Assembly (NCBI GenBank): GCA_051362555.1
Contig: CM120646.1
Span: 558,001 to 622,000 of the forward strand
DNA: 64,000 bases
Direction: 5' to 3'
Origin: Lingula anatina
Lineage: Eukaryota > Animalia > Brachiopoda
The stretch's first letter is position 1; every line of letters starts with the position of its first letter. Below, piece by piece: positions 25,725 to 38,879 of this stretch. Both the position numbers and the translations under genes were made by a program. Below the pieces are notes generated by a model. That model ran no database searches. It saw only the letters and a program-made list of their open reading frames with translations, and had not been told where the DNA came from.

Positions 25725-28080
25725 TAAGGGGTCAAACGCTGCATTTTATAGTACAAATGTCTAACTTGGCATAAATGTTCCTTGGGCCAAAAGAAAATCT
25801 TTTATCCAAAGAGACGCGCTCTATCGATGCATAAATTAGCATAAATTATGCAAATTAGGTGCCAAAAAATATAATATTTCATATTCCCATTAATTTTTGG
25901 CCTAGAAACATGTATAGATTATCAAACCTGACTAAATTAGGGTCAAGGAACCCTTTTTTGATAATTTGGAAGCAATTGGTGACCATTTTGTGCCTCAAAT
26001 CCAAGATGGCCGCCACCCGCCATTTTGAAAATGGACATAATTTTGCTATTTTATGTTGAATTTTGAAGCGTTTGGCCTATGTATACTTGATATATATATC
26101 GATTCCTACTATTTTGGGGGTGCACATGTCATTTTTGATATTGTTTTGGTGATAGTAGGTGATTTGAAGGGACAAAGAGGGTGTTTTAAGTGCCAACCAA
26201 GATATGTGTGAACGCTGCAAAACCATGGATATTGATAACCCGTATTCAAATATATCTCAATGCAATTTTTTGTTATATACTATCCATATTAGACTAAAGT
26301 ATGAGCCAAAAATCTCATTTTTACCATTATGGAGGACATTGGTGGCCGTTTTATCCCTAAAATCCAAGTTGGCCGCCAAAAACCATTTTGACATTGGGCA
26401 TACACGGTAATTCGCTATTTTGAAACTACATGTATTACATCTTTGTAAATGAGTAATACGTCGTTTTATAATATTTTCTGGTGCAGAATACATTATTTGT
26501 TTCATAAAATTTGTGCCTCAAACCCAAGATGGCCCTCATACGCCATTTTCAAATTGAGCATTATTCACCATTTTGAAACTATCACACCTTCATAAGCGTG
26601 CCATACGTCATTTTTTATCATTTCCTGGTGCAGAATGCATTTTCGGTTTCATAAAATGTAAATAGAAACTGTTATAAGTCTCCAAATAAATATAGGATTC
26701 AATCGCCACATGGGCCTGCAGTTTATATGTACAATGAGTAATCCAATTATTACAAAACTGCCCGATCCATAAAACAAGTGTCAGCAAACAAAATGGCTGT
26801 ATTAAAGCAAAAGAATACATCTTTGACCGCATGAGGAAAATTGTTAGCCATTATTTTGATCAAAACCTAGTGTTGGTTGCATGCCGCTATTTAAATAATT
26901 TGGATTAATTTATAATCTTTGAACTATGGGACCCTCATTCGCTTGTATTAGGTAAAATGGTACTATTCTGGGGGCTCAAAAGTAATTTTCCGGTGCTAAT
27001 TTGGTGACAGAAGATAATAAAAAGGTAATATAAGGTTGAAAAATAAAAATATATACATAGTGGTATTATATTATTAGTCTTTTACTTGTCAATGTGAACC
27101 AAAAAGCCACATGTACATTTATGTCCCAGTCACTGGGGCTTGCATTTGCATGTTAAATATAGTCCCGAAGATTTGAAGGGCGAAAAATGTGTCTTCTTAT
27201 AATACTGGAACTTGGTTACGTAGTTGTGTTAATGCGTAAATGTCCGTGAAAGACAAGCAAATGGACTTTGCTTTGAAATAGCTCTAGATCTTGTCTGCAA
27301 AATCATCCAGCAGCACAGCAAAAAGAAACATGCATGATCAGCTCTGGTAGGCCAATAAGACAACACCCAGTAAGAATTTTAATCCTTAAAAGGTTTTATC
27401 AGTGTGCTATGAGAAACAGCCAAACAATATATATTTAAATCCAGTTTCCAGAGAAACATCAATGCATGAGAACATGTCGCATCAGAGGAAAGTGGTATCT
27501 TTACACAAAAAAGGAATCTGCAAAACTAGCTAGAAAGCAGCAGCTGTGCAGGTAGGCAAGAGGGATAAAGCAAAAAAAAAAGTCGAGGAAGCAGCCTCTT
27601 TTCCTAGTTGACAGTGCCAGTGATCATTCCTAGCATGATTTGGCCAGACAAGTCATCTCACTACCAATAGAAATTCATAAGGCGACTACATAGTTCTCAT
27701 TGTTTTCAATGGACGAACAAGCACAAAACATCTACAGTATATGACAACTACAGGAAAATTCATCTTGGCATCATCTTAAAACACCTTATGCCTTTTTATT
27801 ATCCTCTGTAACCAGAGTAACACCAGAAATTGATTATGTACTTCCAAAATAGTAACAATTGATGTATTGCGACCATTTGAAAGTCCAACAGCTCAAAAAA
27901 TGTAAATTATGCCATAATTTTTAAATAGCGACAGGCTCTTAGACATGAACAACAGAATAGCTAACAGTAGTCACCATATAGATTAACAGAATTGTTACCC
28001 ATGCTGAAGGCTTGTCGCGCCGTCTACAGGAGATAATTGCAGTACGCGGTAGACGCACACGCTGTTAGGCACATGATCTT
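25725..28080. mobile_element. Degraded repetitive/DNA-transposon-derived sequence, unclassified
   Basis: Three diverged CCAAG(A/T)TGGCC...CCATTTT units near 26000, 26365 and 26525. No intact ORF; ends not defined. Confidence 0.35.
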
Positions 28081-28572
28081 TAACAGGCCTTCCCAACTAC
28101 CAGACTCGGCACCTACGGGTCCAGAATAAACCGGTATATCTGATCACACTACCCGTTTTCAAGGTGTGTGTCAGATCGCATAAAAGAGTATCATACCCTA
28201 TCACAAATTCTGTAAGCCTACCTGTCATCCGGGTATCGCGCCTCGTTTTCGTCAAGTAGGAGTTGTATGAATACAACAGACGACTCCCTCAATCAGGGGG
28301 TGGAAACGCGCTACTTATATGATTAAGACGAGCCTAGCCGTTAGTACCGGTTATTGTTTTGTGACCTTGAGGAGCAATTAGGTTTGGTCGTTGCGGCACG
28401 CATGAACAGTAGTTGAACTTCCACACCTGGGCCCGGTTGCACCAACCGGTCGTAAGTGAGGCGTAGCAGTTGCGCCGGCGTAAACCGGGCGCAAAACACT
28501 ACGCCCGAGAAAAGCCAGTTCCACCAAACTGGAGTAGTGTTTACGTCGGTCTTAATTTACGCCTGCTAGTTA

Positions 28573-28795
28573 TACCCCCTTTACACTGGACGGCGTCCTT
28601 TCTGCGTCCTCTCTACGACCATGAAATTTGGCATCGCTGTGGTCTTAATAAGGAGGGACGAGCATTAACTTTGTATCAGAATGAATGCTCAATGATCGGC
28701 CAGTTGTCGGCACGTAAAATATTATAATTTTTAAACTCTCAAATGGGGCCGGATTGCTGGACGCAGAAAGGACGCCGTCCAGTGTAAAGGGGGCT
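28573..28795. mobile_element. Small PIF/Harbinger-type MITE with TTA TSD nested in the previous element
   Basis: 35-bp inverted repeats CCCCCTTTACACTGGACGGCGTCCTTTCTGCGTCC with TTA on both flanks. Confidence 0.85.
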
Positions 28796-28965
28796 TTAGG
28801 TGGAGTAAGTCGGTCGTAGCTCGTTTTCCACTATGGCTAGGCTGGCACAGAGAGAGTGATGACAATTATCGTAGTTAACGTAGATTATGTGGGTTGTTTT
28901 TTGTTTATTTCTTACACAAAACTTCCGTCTGTATAGCTTGGTTTTTAAAAAACTAATTTTATACA

Positions 28966-28968
<3 letters not shown>

Positions 28969-29012
<44 letters not shown>
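28969..29012. repeat. (AT)n microsatellite
   Basis: Uninterrupted AT dinucleotide run. Confidence 0.95.
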
Positions 29013-29015
<3 letters not shown>

Positions 29016-30185
29016 TATATATAAGTGATTATTAAATACATGTGTGTAGCCATGTACATGTACATGCATGTGTTCAAATTTAATCTTACCACTCATGTCG
29101 ACACGCCTTAGCTCTCAGCAGTACGGTGTCTTTAATTCTTTTCGCAATTTTTGACAAACCATAACTAACCATAGTCATTTTTTATTCACATTTTATATCA
29201 TTCATATTTTACTATATATAAACACAGAGACGAAAGCTTAAAATATCAACATTTTAAGGCTCATATAATATGTATTAGGTCTCTTGTATTTCTCAATCTC
29301 CAAGATGTAAGCTCGATTGAATTAAATGATACCTCACGGTGTAACCATAGATTAAAAAAAGGTCATGAAATTGTAGTAAAATTATAAAAAGAAAGCAATG
29401 CTGGCTTTTTTTGATTATTTTCAGACTCAAATGTTCCAATAACAAATGTGAAAGTGTTCAAATCCATTAATAGAAATAGGCCTACGTACTGCCTCCAACG
29501 CGTTTTTCTCATTTACAACAGCATACTATAATAGCATACATAGTATACTATAATAATATTTTGATTAGGAATATATTTACGATTTTATTGCTATATATCC
29601 AAAGCAACAGCAAAGTTAACGTATTTTAACGTTCTTATTTCTAAATCAAAATGGAATAATGTAGCTCATGAATTTCTCCGTCACTGGAATGCTCCTTTTG
29701 TGTTTATTTATGTCATCATTCCATTATGACTGCAGCTGAGAACTCCTCATTTGCCCAATTATACCATCCACGTATTGTTGGCCAGTGGCGCAACGGAGAG
29801 TTACTCGGGCGTAGTTACGACGATCAGTTTTTGTCATGGTGCAACGGGCGTAAGCAGGGAGAGTAAACCTGGCGCACGGACGCCAGGCGTTGCGGTTTAC
29901 GACAGTCGTAGCCGAGTAAATTTACGCCCTGTTGGTGCAACCGGGCCCTGGGTCTTTTGTTTTTGACAACTGTTCACTCGTCATCGAGGCGCTTGTTCAA
30001 GACTACAGGCTGATATCTACTAGTACTACCAGTGGCTTCATTAGTAACGTTCCCACAATACTTAAGTTTTCTGTCCGTGCGTACAAACCCTGAAAAAGGA
30101 CAGCCTCGCTGACGAGAACAATGGACGTTTCTCACCCCTCTCTAGGATTACCCCTGCCCTCAATCTCGTCCATCCCGGTAGTCAT

Positions 30186-31394
30186 AACTCACTCATAGCT
30201 CCCATTCTTACCTATGGCTCTGAAGTTTGGGCACCATACTTTGTCAAAAACTCAAGTAAAGACAGCTACTTCCTAATTTGTGACAAACTTTCCATTGAAA
30301 CCTTACATCTCAAGGCCTGCAAAACTATCCTAGGTGTTAACCGAAAATCTCCCTCACATGCTGTCCGCGGAGAACTGGGCAGCTTCCCAATACTGACCAC
30401 TGCCTACACACTGGCCCTCAAATACTGGCACAGCCTCCAATATAAAAAGCACCATGACACCACCTCCTTAGTTACTCATGCACTTCACGAAAATGAAAAT
30501 TTAAACAGACTTAACACCTCAACCTGGTCAACCGGCATTAAAAATACACTGGCGCTCATTGGACGCCCTGACATTTGGGAGGACCCTTTTAAAATATCCA
30601 TGACCGCACTCTCTTCCATAATAAAACCGCTTATCCAAATCTCTTATAGTTCGGCCTTTAAAGCTCACCTAGCATCCCTGAACACGGAGGGTAAAAAATT
30701 ACGTACCTACAGTACCTTCAAAAAAGATTTTAAAAGAGAAATATACACACAGTTAATCCACAAACCCAAATCTACATTCCTTTGCAAATTCAGGATAAGT
30801 GCCCACAATTTGGCAATTGAAAAGGGGAGACACATGAATCCTAAAATACCCATAGAGAAAAGGCTATGCACGGTGTGCAACATGGGGTCAGTTGAAGATG
30901 AGTTCCATTTTATGATGATATGCCCCTCTTATGCTCCACTAAGAGCCATATTCCTTAACCAGGTTAAAGATATACTGGGCAGTGCAGCCCCTGAGTCCAT
31001 CAGTGACCTTTTTATTACCGTACTGCAATGTAATGATTTTGATATTGCAAAATGCACAACTAATTTTCTCTATGATTGTTTTAAAGCTAGGGATATGAAA
31101 ATTGCATCCATGCTGAATAAAACCTAGATTAACTGACGATGCAGTTTTCATATCCCCCTAAATAATAGTTAGTTTAATATAAGGTTTAGTGTAGCCTATT
31201 CTAGTTGAATCAGTTTTTTTTTAATTATCCCTATATTGATCTTTATTGAGTAGTACATGTACTTTCCCTGCTTTAGTCTAGACATTATATAATGTATATC
31301 AAACTGTATATGGTAATCACTCTGCGGATTACTTCTTGTATTTGTATTTGATCATGCCCGGATGTAGGGCGATTGTCAATAAACTTCTGATCTG
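30186..31394 (+). mobile_element. 5'-truncated non-LTR retrotransposon (RTE-X-like ORF2 C-terminus)
   Basis: Open frame ~30183-31127: PILTYGSEVW...HLKACKTILGV...AVRGELG...KLRTYSTFK...FRISAHNLAIEKGRH...RLCTVC...EDEFHFMMICPSY (CCHC). It is followed by a 3'UTR, AATAAA and a (TCTGA)-type tail, and flanked by GTCAT direct repeats. Confidence 0.85.
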
Positions 31395-31782
31395 GTCATG
31401 AAAATATTTAACCCCCGACAGAATATGCTTCCGCTATCAAAATTAGGTCTACTTTTCTAAATTAATATATAAGTTTGCAAGTTCTTATTTACAAAACATC
31501 ATTGGCTATGTCCGAACCTAAATTTTATGTTAAAAATTGCGGTACTGTCAGATTTTAGCATAAACAGAGAAAATTGCAGCAGCGCATGAATCTAGATGAG
31601 ATGCACTGCTTTCCAACCCCGCTTAGGATCATTGCTATCACATCGCGCACCAGGCAAAATCGGTGTTGTTGCTGATACTCTGTAATGCGATCTGACACAC
31701 ACCTTGTAAACGGGCAGTGTGGTCTGATAAACCGGTTTATACTGGACCCGTAGGTGCCGAGTCTGGTAGTTGGGAAGGCCTG

Positions 31783-33300
31783 TTTAACGAGCACACCCTA
31801 ACTTTATCTGGAATGGGAAAAGAGACAAAATAAAACGAGCAACAGTCTGATTACGAAAATGGAGGGCTTAAGGTACCACAAATAAAACTTTTTACTAAGG
31901 CGCTAAAACTTTCATGGCTAAAAAGACTTGGACGAAGAAAACAAAAGCAAATGGAAAGTGCTCTTTCTCAGTGAACTGTCAGAAATCGGGGGTCATAAAA
32001 TATGGACCTTGACAAAAGGTGGATTAAAACGCTACAAGCAACGAATAACCCCTTTTGGCAAAGCGTTATTGATTCTTTGAGTGAAATTCAGGAAAGCCCC
32101 AGTATAAACCCAGAAGAAATCTTATCACAACCACTATGGAAAAACTCAAAAATTAAAACAAATGAAAAAACTATCTTCCATAAAAGATGGTGTAAAAATG
32201 GTATTTTCTACATTAATGATATTATAAATAATGTTGGAAATTTCCTCTCTCTAGAGGAACTCAACGAAAAATTCAACCTAAACGCAACCTTTCTGGAATA
32301 CTTGAGTATTCAAAAGAGCATACCATCTGAATGGCGTAAAACTATCTCCACTAATGGAAGAAAATTACAAACCGTGTTCCACGAAATAATTGACTCGATT
32401 AAAAAAGTTACCAAACCATCCAGATACTTCTATAGAAAATTCCTCCAAGGCCACACTATATCACCAAACAAAAGTAAAAGTAAATGGCACGAAAATATTA
32501 AAAAATCCTTAAGCAATGATGATTGGCAACTAATATTTAGATCACCCTTCCAAGAAACAGATGACACGAAACTGCAGACGCTTCAATTTAGAATAAATCA
32601 CAGAATATTTAGTACAAATGTTTATCTTATGAAAATTTCTAAAAAAGAATCAGAACAGTGTGAATTTTGTAATGCTGCCAGAGAAACTATTCTTCACGTG
32701 TTCTGGGATTGTCCTCATATAAGAATGTTTGGACGTGTGTCATTTGTTCCGTGAAAGAAAATTTAGGCATTGTAATTGAGAGATCTCCCGAGATTTTTAT
32801 ACTCGGGCTTGTGCAATCATACGACATAAAAGGTTTTTATCTACTTATCTTAATAATTAGGAAATATATTAGTCTATGTAGAACGAAATAAGAAATCCCA
32901 ACATGGGAAGGAACTAGAAAATACGTTAATTGTTACAGAAATATTTGTTTATATTCTTTATATATGTATACCGACCAAAAACAACATGTTAAAAGAAAAT
33001 GGGAAAATATTGATCGCATATTACAACTTAATTGACAAGCAACAAGCTGATGATATACCTCTTAGAATTTCAATTGTAAGGTTAACAACATGAATTGTCA
33101 ATCTCTGCTTTCTACCCGTTTATGCAATACTGTAACTGTACAACCTTTTTTTTTTTACGGAGAGAGAAAGAGAGTCCAAGTATGCGTGTGCGTGTGTGTG
33201 TGTGGTTTGTGTGCGATTCATAAGTCAAAAACTGTAAGATTGTATATTTATTTGCTACTAAAAAAAAGGAATTTTTGTAATGGTCTGAACACAAATTAAA
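31783..33300 (+). mobile_element. L1/Tx1-clade LINE ORF2 3' fragment (degenerate)
   Basis: FIWNGKRDKIKR, ALKLSWLKRL, QPLWKNSKIK, GIFYINDI, LQFRINHRIFSTN and CEFC...ETILHVFWDC (zf-RVT CCHC); several frameshifts. Confidence 0.88.
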
Positions 33301-33966
33301 AATTAAAATTATATACTAATATTTAGACCAGATTCATTATTTTGCATTCAACCCGGCCTTATAACAAGGCAGCAAAGCTGTCAAATGTACAGACAAAAAC
33401 AGGAAATAACTATGCACAAAATAGGCTACTGTCAATTCTGATGCAAAAGTACATTATGTTAAACTGCAAATTCAACATCATATTTTAATTATGCTCAACA
33501 GGTAATACCAATGTAAGTAAAATGTGTAACAAGTTCACACTTTGAAAATGTATAACTTCCAGAAAAAGAAGCCAATTAGACTGCTTTTCCAACTCGGGCT
33601 ACATTTTAGTCCTGCATTTCTTTTTTGAAAGTTTGGCAATCATAAGTAACATGGTTTTCCCATAATGGTCATCATGGCAGCAGCACCCAAAATTGTGTTT
33701 TCTTCTATTCTGATGCCATATTACATAATGGTTAACAGCACAATGACCGTCAATTTTTAATAATAAAATATACGTATCATGGATTTTCAGAAAATGTGAC
33801 TAGCAAGGGTCTTCAAGCCCATGGAACTTAAAAGTCACACCTTGAAAATGCCAATAGGTGAAAAATTAAATTTTCACAAAAAACTGTTTAACTGGCAGTA
33901 AGAATTACCAAACAGACTGCATTGCCTACTGAAGCTGTATTTTAGTCCCATGTTTCTTTCCTGTAA

Positions 33967-35996
33967 GTTTGAGAACAGTAAGTGACATGGTTTTTTCTTA
34001 AATGGTCATCATGGGAGCAGTGCCCAAAATAGGTTTTTTTCAAATTTTGATGCAATATAACATAATTTTAAACAGCATAATGACCATCAATTTTTAATAA
34101 TATTATATTAGTATCATGGATATTCAGAAAATGTGACTTGCAAAGGTCTTCAGGCCCATGGAACTTCAAAGTCACAACTTGAAAATGCCAAAATGTAAAC
34201 AAGACACCACTGTTCTGAAATGTTTTTTTTTTTTACATTTTTAACAATTTTTAACATAAAACAAAATTAACATTTTACTGCCGTTTTTATATGATCAACT
34301 AAGAAAATTGATGAGATGGGAAAAATATCAATAGAGCAGTGTTAAATGTCCAATTTCTTTCATTCTGAGATTCTGAACATAGTGAATGATTGAATCTGAC
34401 AAACTACAATGATATGAGTTTATTTCCATTTTTGAAACTTTATTACACAATACACGATAACAAGTTTACCATCATTTTTACATAATCAACTATCTTATTA
34501 ATTAAATAATGAAACTGTTAACATGCCTAAGAATTGAATCTGAGGAAATGTGAAAAAACAGCATTTCTTGAAATTAAAGGCCCCGATTATGCCGATTTTT
34601 TAACTCAACCTGCGTTTTAGTAGGAATGACCACTCCTGTGAGTTTAATGACAATTGGCCTAACTGTTTTTCTTATTTTGTGTTTACAGTGTTGCATATAT
34701 GCTGAAAAGTGAAAAAAACAGCATAACTTCTACAATAATGGCCCGATCATGCTGATTTTCGAACTTGACCTGCGTTTTATGAATATTCATCAGCTCTGTA
34801 AATATACAGCCAAAAAGTAAAACTGCCTTCCACTTATCATGTTTACAATGAAAGTGCACGGCGCCGGCGACAGTGACAGCAACGCAGGCGCCAACAGATG
34901 CAGATGATGGCAATATGTACAGACACATCTGTACATATTTACTGTACTGTTTGAGAACAGTAAGTGACACGGTTTTTCTTAAATGGTCATCATGGGAGCA
35001 GTACCCAAAATAGGTTTTTCAAATTTTGATGCAATATTACATAATGTTATACAACATAATGACCATCAATTTTTAATAATATTATATTTGTATCATGGAT
35101 ATTCAGAAAATGTGACTTGCAAAGGTCTTCAGGCCCATGGAACTTCAAAGTCACAACTTGAAAATGCCAAAATGTAAACAAGACAGCACTGTTCTGAAAT
35201 GTTTTTTTTTTTTTTTTTTCATTTTTAACAATTTTTTAACATAAAACAAAATTAACAGGTTACTGCCATTTTTATACGATCAACTAAGAAAATTGATGAG
35301 ATGGGAAAAATATCAATACAACAGTGTTAAATGTCCAATTTCCTCCATTCTGAGATTCTGAACATAGTGAATGATTGAATCTGACAAACTGCAATGATAT
35401 GAGTTTATTTCCATTTTTGACACTTTATTACACAATACATGATAGCAAGTTTACCATCATTTTTACATAATCGACTAACAATGTTGTAAAGATGCAGGAA
35501 ATGTCAAACAAACACTTTTACGTATCTTATTAGTTCAATAATGAGACTGTTACCATGCCTAAGAGTTAAATCTGAGGAAATGTGAAAAAACAGCATAACT
35601 TCTAAAATAATGCCCCGATTATGCTGATTTTCAAACTCTACCTGCGTTTGAGTAAGATTGACCACTCCTGTGAGTGTCATGACAACATGTGAAAAAACAG
35701 CATTTCTTGAAAATAAAGGCCCCGATTATGCCGATTTTTTAACTCAACCTGCGTTTTAGTAGGAATGACCACTCCTGTGAGTTTAATGACAATTGGCCTA
35801 ACTGTTTTTCTTATTTTGTGTTTACAGTGTGTTGCATATATGCTAAAAGTGAAAAAAACAGCATAACTTCTACAATAACGGCCCGATCATGCTGATTTTC
35901 GAACTTGACCTGCGTTTTATGAATATTCATCAGCTCTGTAAATATAAAGCCAAAAAGTAAAACTGCCTTCCACTTATCGTGTTTACAAGGAAAGTG
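33967..35996. repeat. ~0.9-1 kb direct duplication within Helentron-like tandem-repeat sequence
   Basis: 33967-34856 is repeated at 34949-35996 (offset 982 at the start). A further diverged unit lies at ~33640-33860, and a related sequence at ~60575-60670. Confidence 0.85.
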
Positions 35997-38694
35997 GCCT
36001 GGGAGTTAATGAGCTACGTAGTCACGTGGTCCGATGACGACAATCGTGCCACCAGGGAGAAAGCGTGCTTAGTTGTCAAACTGAGCTGCATTGTCTACTT
36101 GTAAGATGACTTTTCTGACTTCTAATTAAAGTTTATACTAATTCAAATCTCTTACCCGAGTGGTGTAGATCCTCGTGAAGCTGTGTAAAACCATTTCCCG
36201 TCTATTCAATTCTTTCACAAGCACAAGCATTTAATTATGGTCATCCAGTTGTATAAAACACTGTATTTGAATGACTTAAGGGTACTGTTGATTATTGCAT
36301 ATTGAAATTCAATTTATTTAATTAAACCGCTGACACCCCGTCTTGCATACTTTTATTAAACTGAGGTAAACAGTGCCTGTTACCTTTACAAGTCCTATCT
36401 AAATCATCCATCTAACTGGAACTTCCTTTACCTCTTAATTAGAGGGTAAAATGGCATTCAATTCTCCTGTAGCCTTTGTCTTGCGAGTATCGAACGCACT
36501 CTCGCTGGCGATATTTATCTCAGGTAAAAATCTACCTGTGCGTTAGTTTCAAAGAGCAGCTCCCGCAGACCTGGGGTACTAGATAAAATCGAGGACCTCC
36601 AAACTAACAGGGTGACATGGGCAATTTTCACAAACAAATAATAAAATTATATTTCAGTTAGCCTTCTTTTAAATAAATATAGTGTTCTGGGTAAATTAGA
36701 ATATTTATTAAATCACAAGAATACTTTTGACTTAAATGATGATTTTATCATTAATGGAAATTAAGCTACCATATGATGTAAATTTGCTGTGATTACGCTG
36801 TCCTTCATGTTTTGCGTTAGTCTACATTTTGCTGTACGTGCTTGTAATTTTTAAAAATCTGTGCGTACAATTCTTGCAGGTCTGGTCACGCCCCTGTTAT
36901 GTGATGAAAGTCTAAATTTGGCAATTAGTTCCTTAGCTTATTTAAATAGAATTGCAGTGCAAAATTTTCAACAAGATGTCGGCGCAATAGCCCTTTACTC
37001 TTTGTGGATATTTCCCCCGTCAAAGTTTGTCTAAAATTATCGTTCAATCTTTACTCTTTCAAGGACAATATAAAGTTTTCTGACAAGCCAAGTTTCCTCA
37101 ATTCATTCCGTACTCAATTTTACCCAAGCAAATTTTTTTTCTAGAGTAGATCTTTACAGCACGGTGTTATAATACAATTTTTCGAAGAGGGGATTAAAAT
37201 CAATATTGAAAAAATTGTAGCTTCATACTTAAAAAAAATTGACTATCTCCCGCTTTTCATAATATACTAAGTTATATACAATGAACCAAGTTATCAGTAG
37301 TGCTCTTTTTTACACCCAACATTCTTTAAAAAATCCGTTGTGGCTTTCTTATATCCCCTACCAGGTTAAATCTTCATGCATAATTTAAAATGTGTTAACG
37401 TACGTAAAACTGCACATTTAGTAAACACATTAAATTAATAATTTTTTCCATGCTACTAGTAGCAAACAATGCTCTTTTACCTTGATCTGCTACATGTTTT
37501 TGGGTTTGACAAAGCTTACAAATTTGCAGAATGTTTTGCGTACAGACGCAGAACTTGCGTTTCAAGTTATAAAATGATAAATCTTTAAATTATTTACTAT
37601 TTCAGATGAAATAACCTTCAGAAACAAATTCTCAAAGCATAAACGAATTAGGATTAAGAACCATTTTATTACAGCAGTTCCCATTTTTTCTTTAATATAC
37701 CGCTCTTTTTCCTGTTTTTCCTCGACTCGTTTTCTTCCACGGAAGTAATGCCTACATGTAGGCATACGCATGCTTCAAGATACCCTGAGAGCAATTTTTT
37801 TTATTAATGTTCGCGACCGTGTTTGAACTAAATTGTTTAAATATTGATATTTAATGTCATTTACAAATACCAATAAAATAACCCAAATGAAATAAATGTG
37901 TTATATTGAAAGATATGAAAGCCCACCAAGACGAGTTTGATACCTGTTATTACCTGGCTTGGGAATTGCAGCGGTGCATAAATAACAGGTTTTATTGTTA
38001 ACGAGCTCTTGGTCAAGTACAATGCATTTTGTCTGCCTGTGATTTAATTTTCTTTCTGGTGTCGTTTGATAAAAGTATATTGAAAAGGGTTGGTGGATGT
38101 TTGTATAAAGAGTAAGATTCATCGGACTTTGCTTAAGACGGAATTGATTTTGTCTATTGTAAGAGAATAATTCCGATCCCTTTAGTGTTTAAATTAAGTT
38201 TTGAATATCAGCTCCACTGACTGACTCTTTATAAAGCAAGTACTCCACGTGGCATATTAAAATTAGTCTCAAGAAATGCACTGAAAATCGAACAAAGATT
38301 ATTTTCAGGTAGTGCATAGGCCTATATGCGTTTTGACCGACAGTTCCAATAGCTCGATTTCAAGCGTGTACCTGTAAATTGGTCTCAACAACGATCGAGA
38401 GGCCATTTGTAAGCTCGTAAAAAATGGATTTTTAAAATAAAACTCACAGCATCAGTTGACTTCTTTCTCATTTATTAGAAATATTGCAAATATTATGCAA
38501 TTACGTGTTTAACCAAAAACTCCCATTGGGACGAGTCCGCTACTTTTGCATGGGGCTATTTTGCTCCTAGGCGGACTTGCCCCATTACATAAAACCTCTT
38601 GTTAAACATATTTTCTGATTAAACTTAACGTTTTTTAATGTTTCATTTTTAACAGGTATTCTCAGAGCTTTGTTGTTTTGACATGGTGATATTA

Positions 38695-38872
38695 CAGTGG
38701 CAGATTTAGGGGGATGTTCGTTTTCTGGCCCCCTCTTGAAATTAGTATTTTGACTAGCTGAATCATTATTCTAAACCGTACCAAATGCTACCGTTCACCC
38801 TCTAAAAATTTCGGGCCCCGAACCCTACGCCATCCGCGGACCCCCCTTCAAATAATCCTGGATCCGCCCCTG
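38695..38872. mobile_element. Small hAT-type MITE
   Basis: Ends CAGTGGCAGATTTAGG / CCTGGATCCGCCCCTG, with TATTA on both flanks. Confidence 0.65.
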
Positions 38873-38879
38873 TATTATA

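Larger units (their letters stand above)
28430..29947. mobile_element. PIF/Harbinger MITE with CTG (CWG) TSD
   Basis: TIR GGCCCGGTTGCACCAAC / GTTGGTGCAACCGGGCC and CTG at 28427-28429 and 29948-29950. The empty site is visible in the paralogous host copy (~44245-44255). Confidence 0.88.
28084..31782. mobile_element. hAT5-like non-autonomous transposon, long copy with nested insertions
   Basis: TIR CAGGCCTTCCCAACTACCAGACTCGGCACCTACGGGTCCAG at both ends and 5-bp TSD TTTAA. Collinear (inverted) with 43067-44780. Confidence 0.9.

Noticed and set aside
28084-28110. 5-bp-TSD family as a RAG-like/Transib transposon
   Set aside because: The ends are CAGG rather than the CAC heptamer-like termini, and no RAG1/Transib coding sequence is present.
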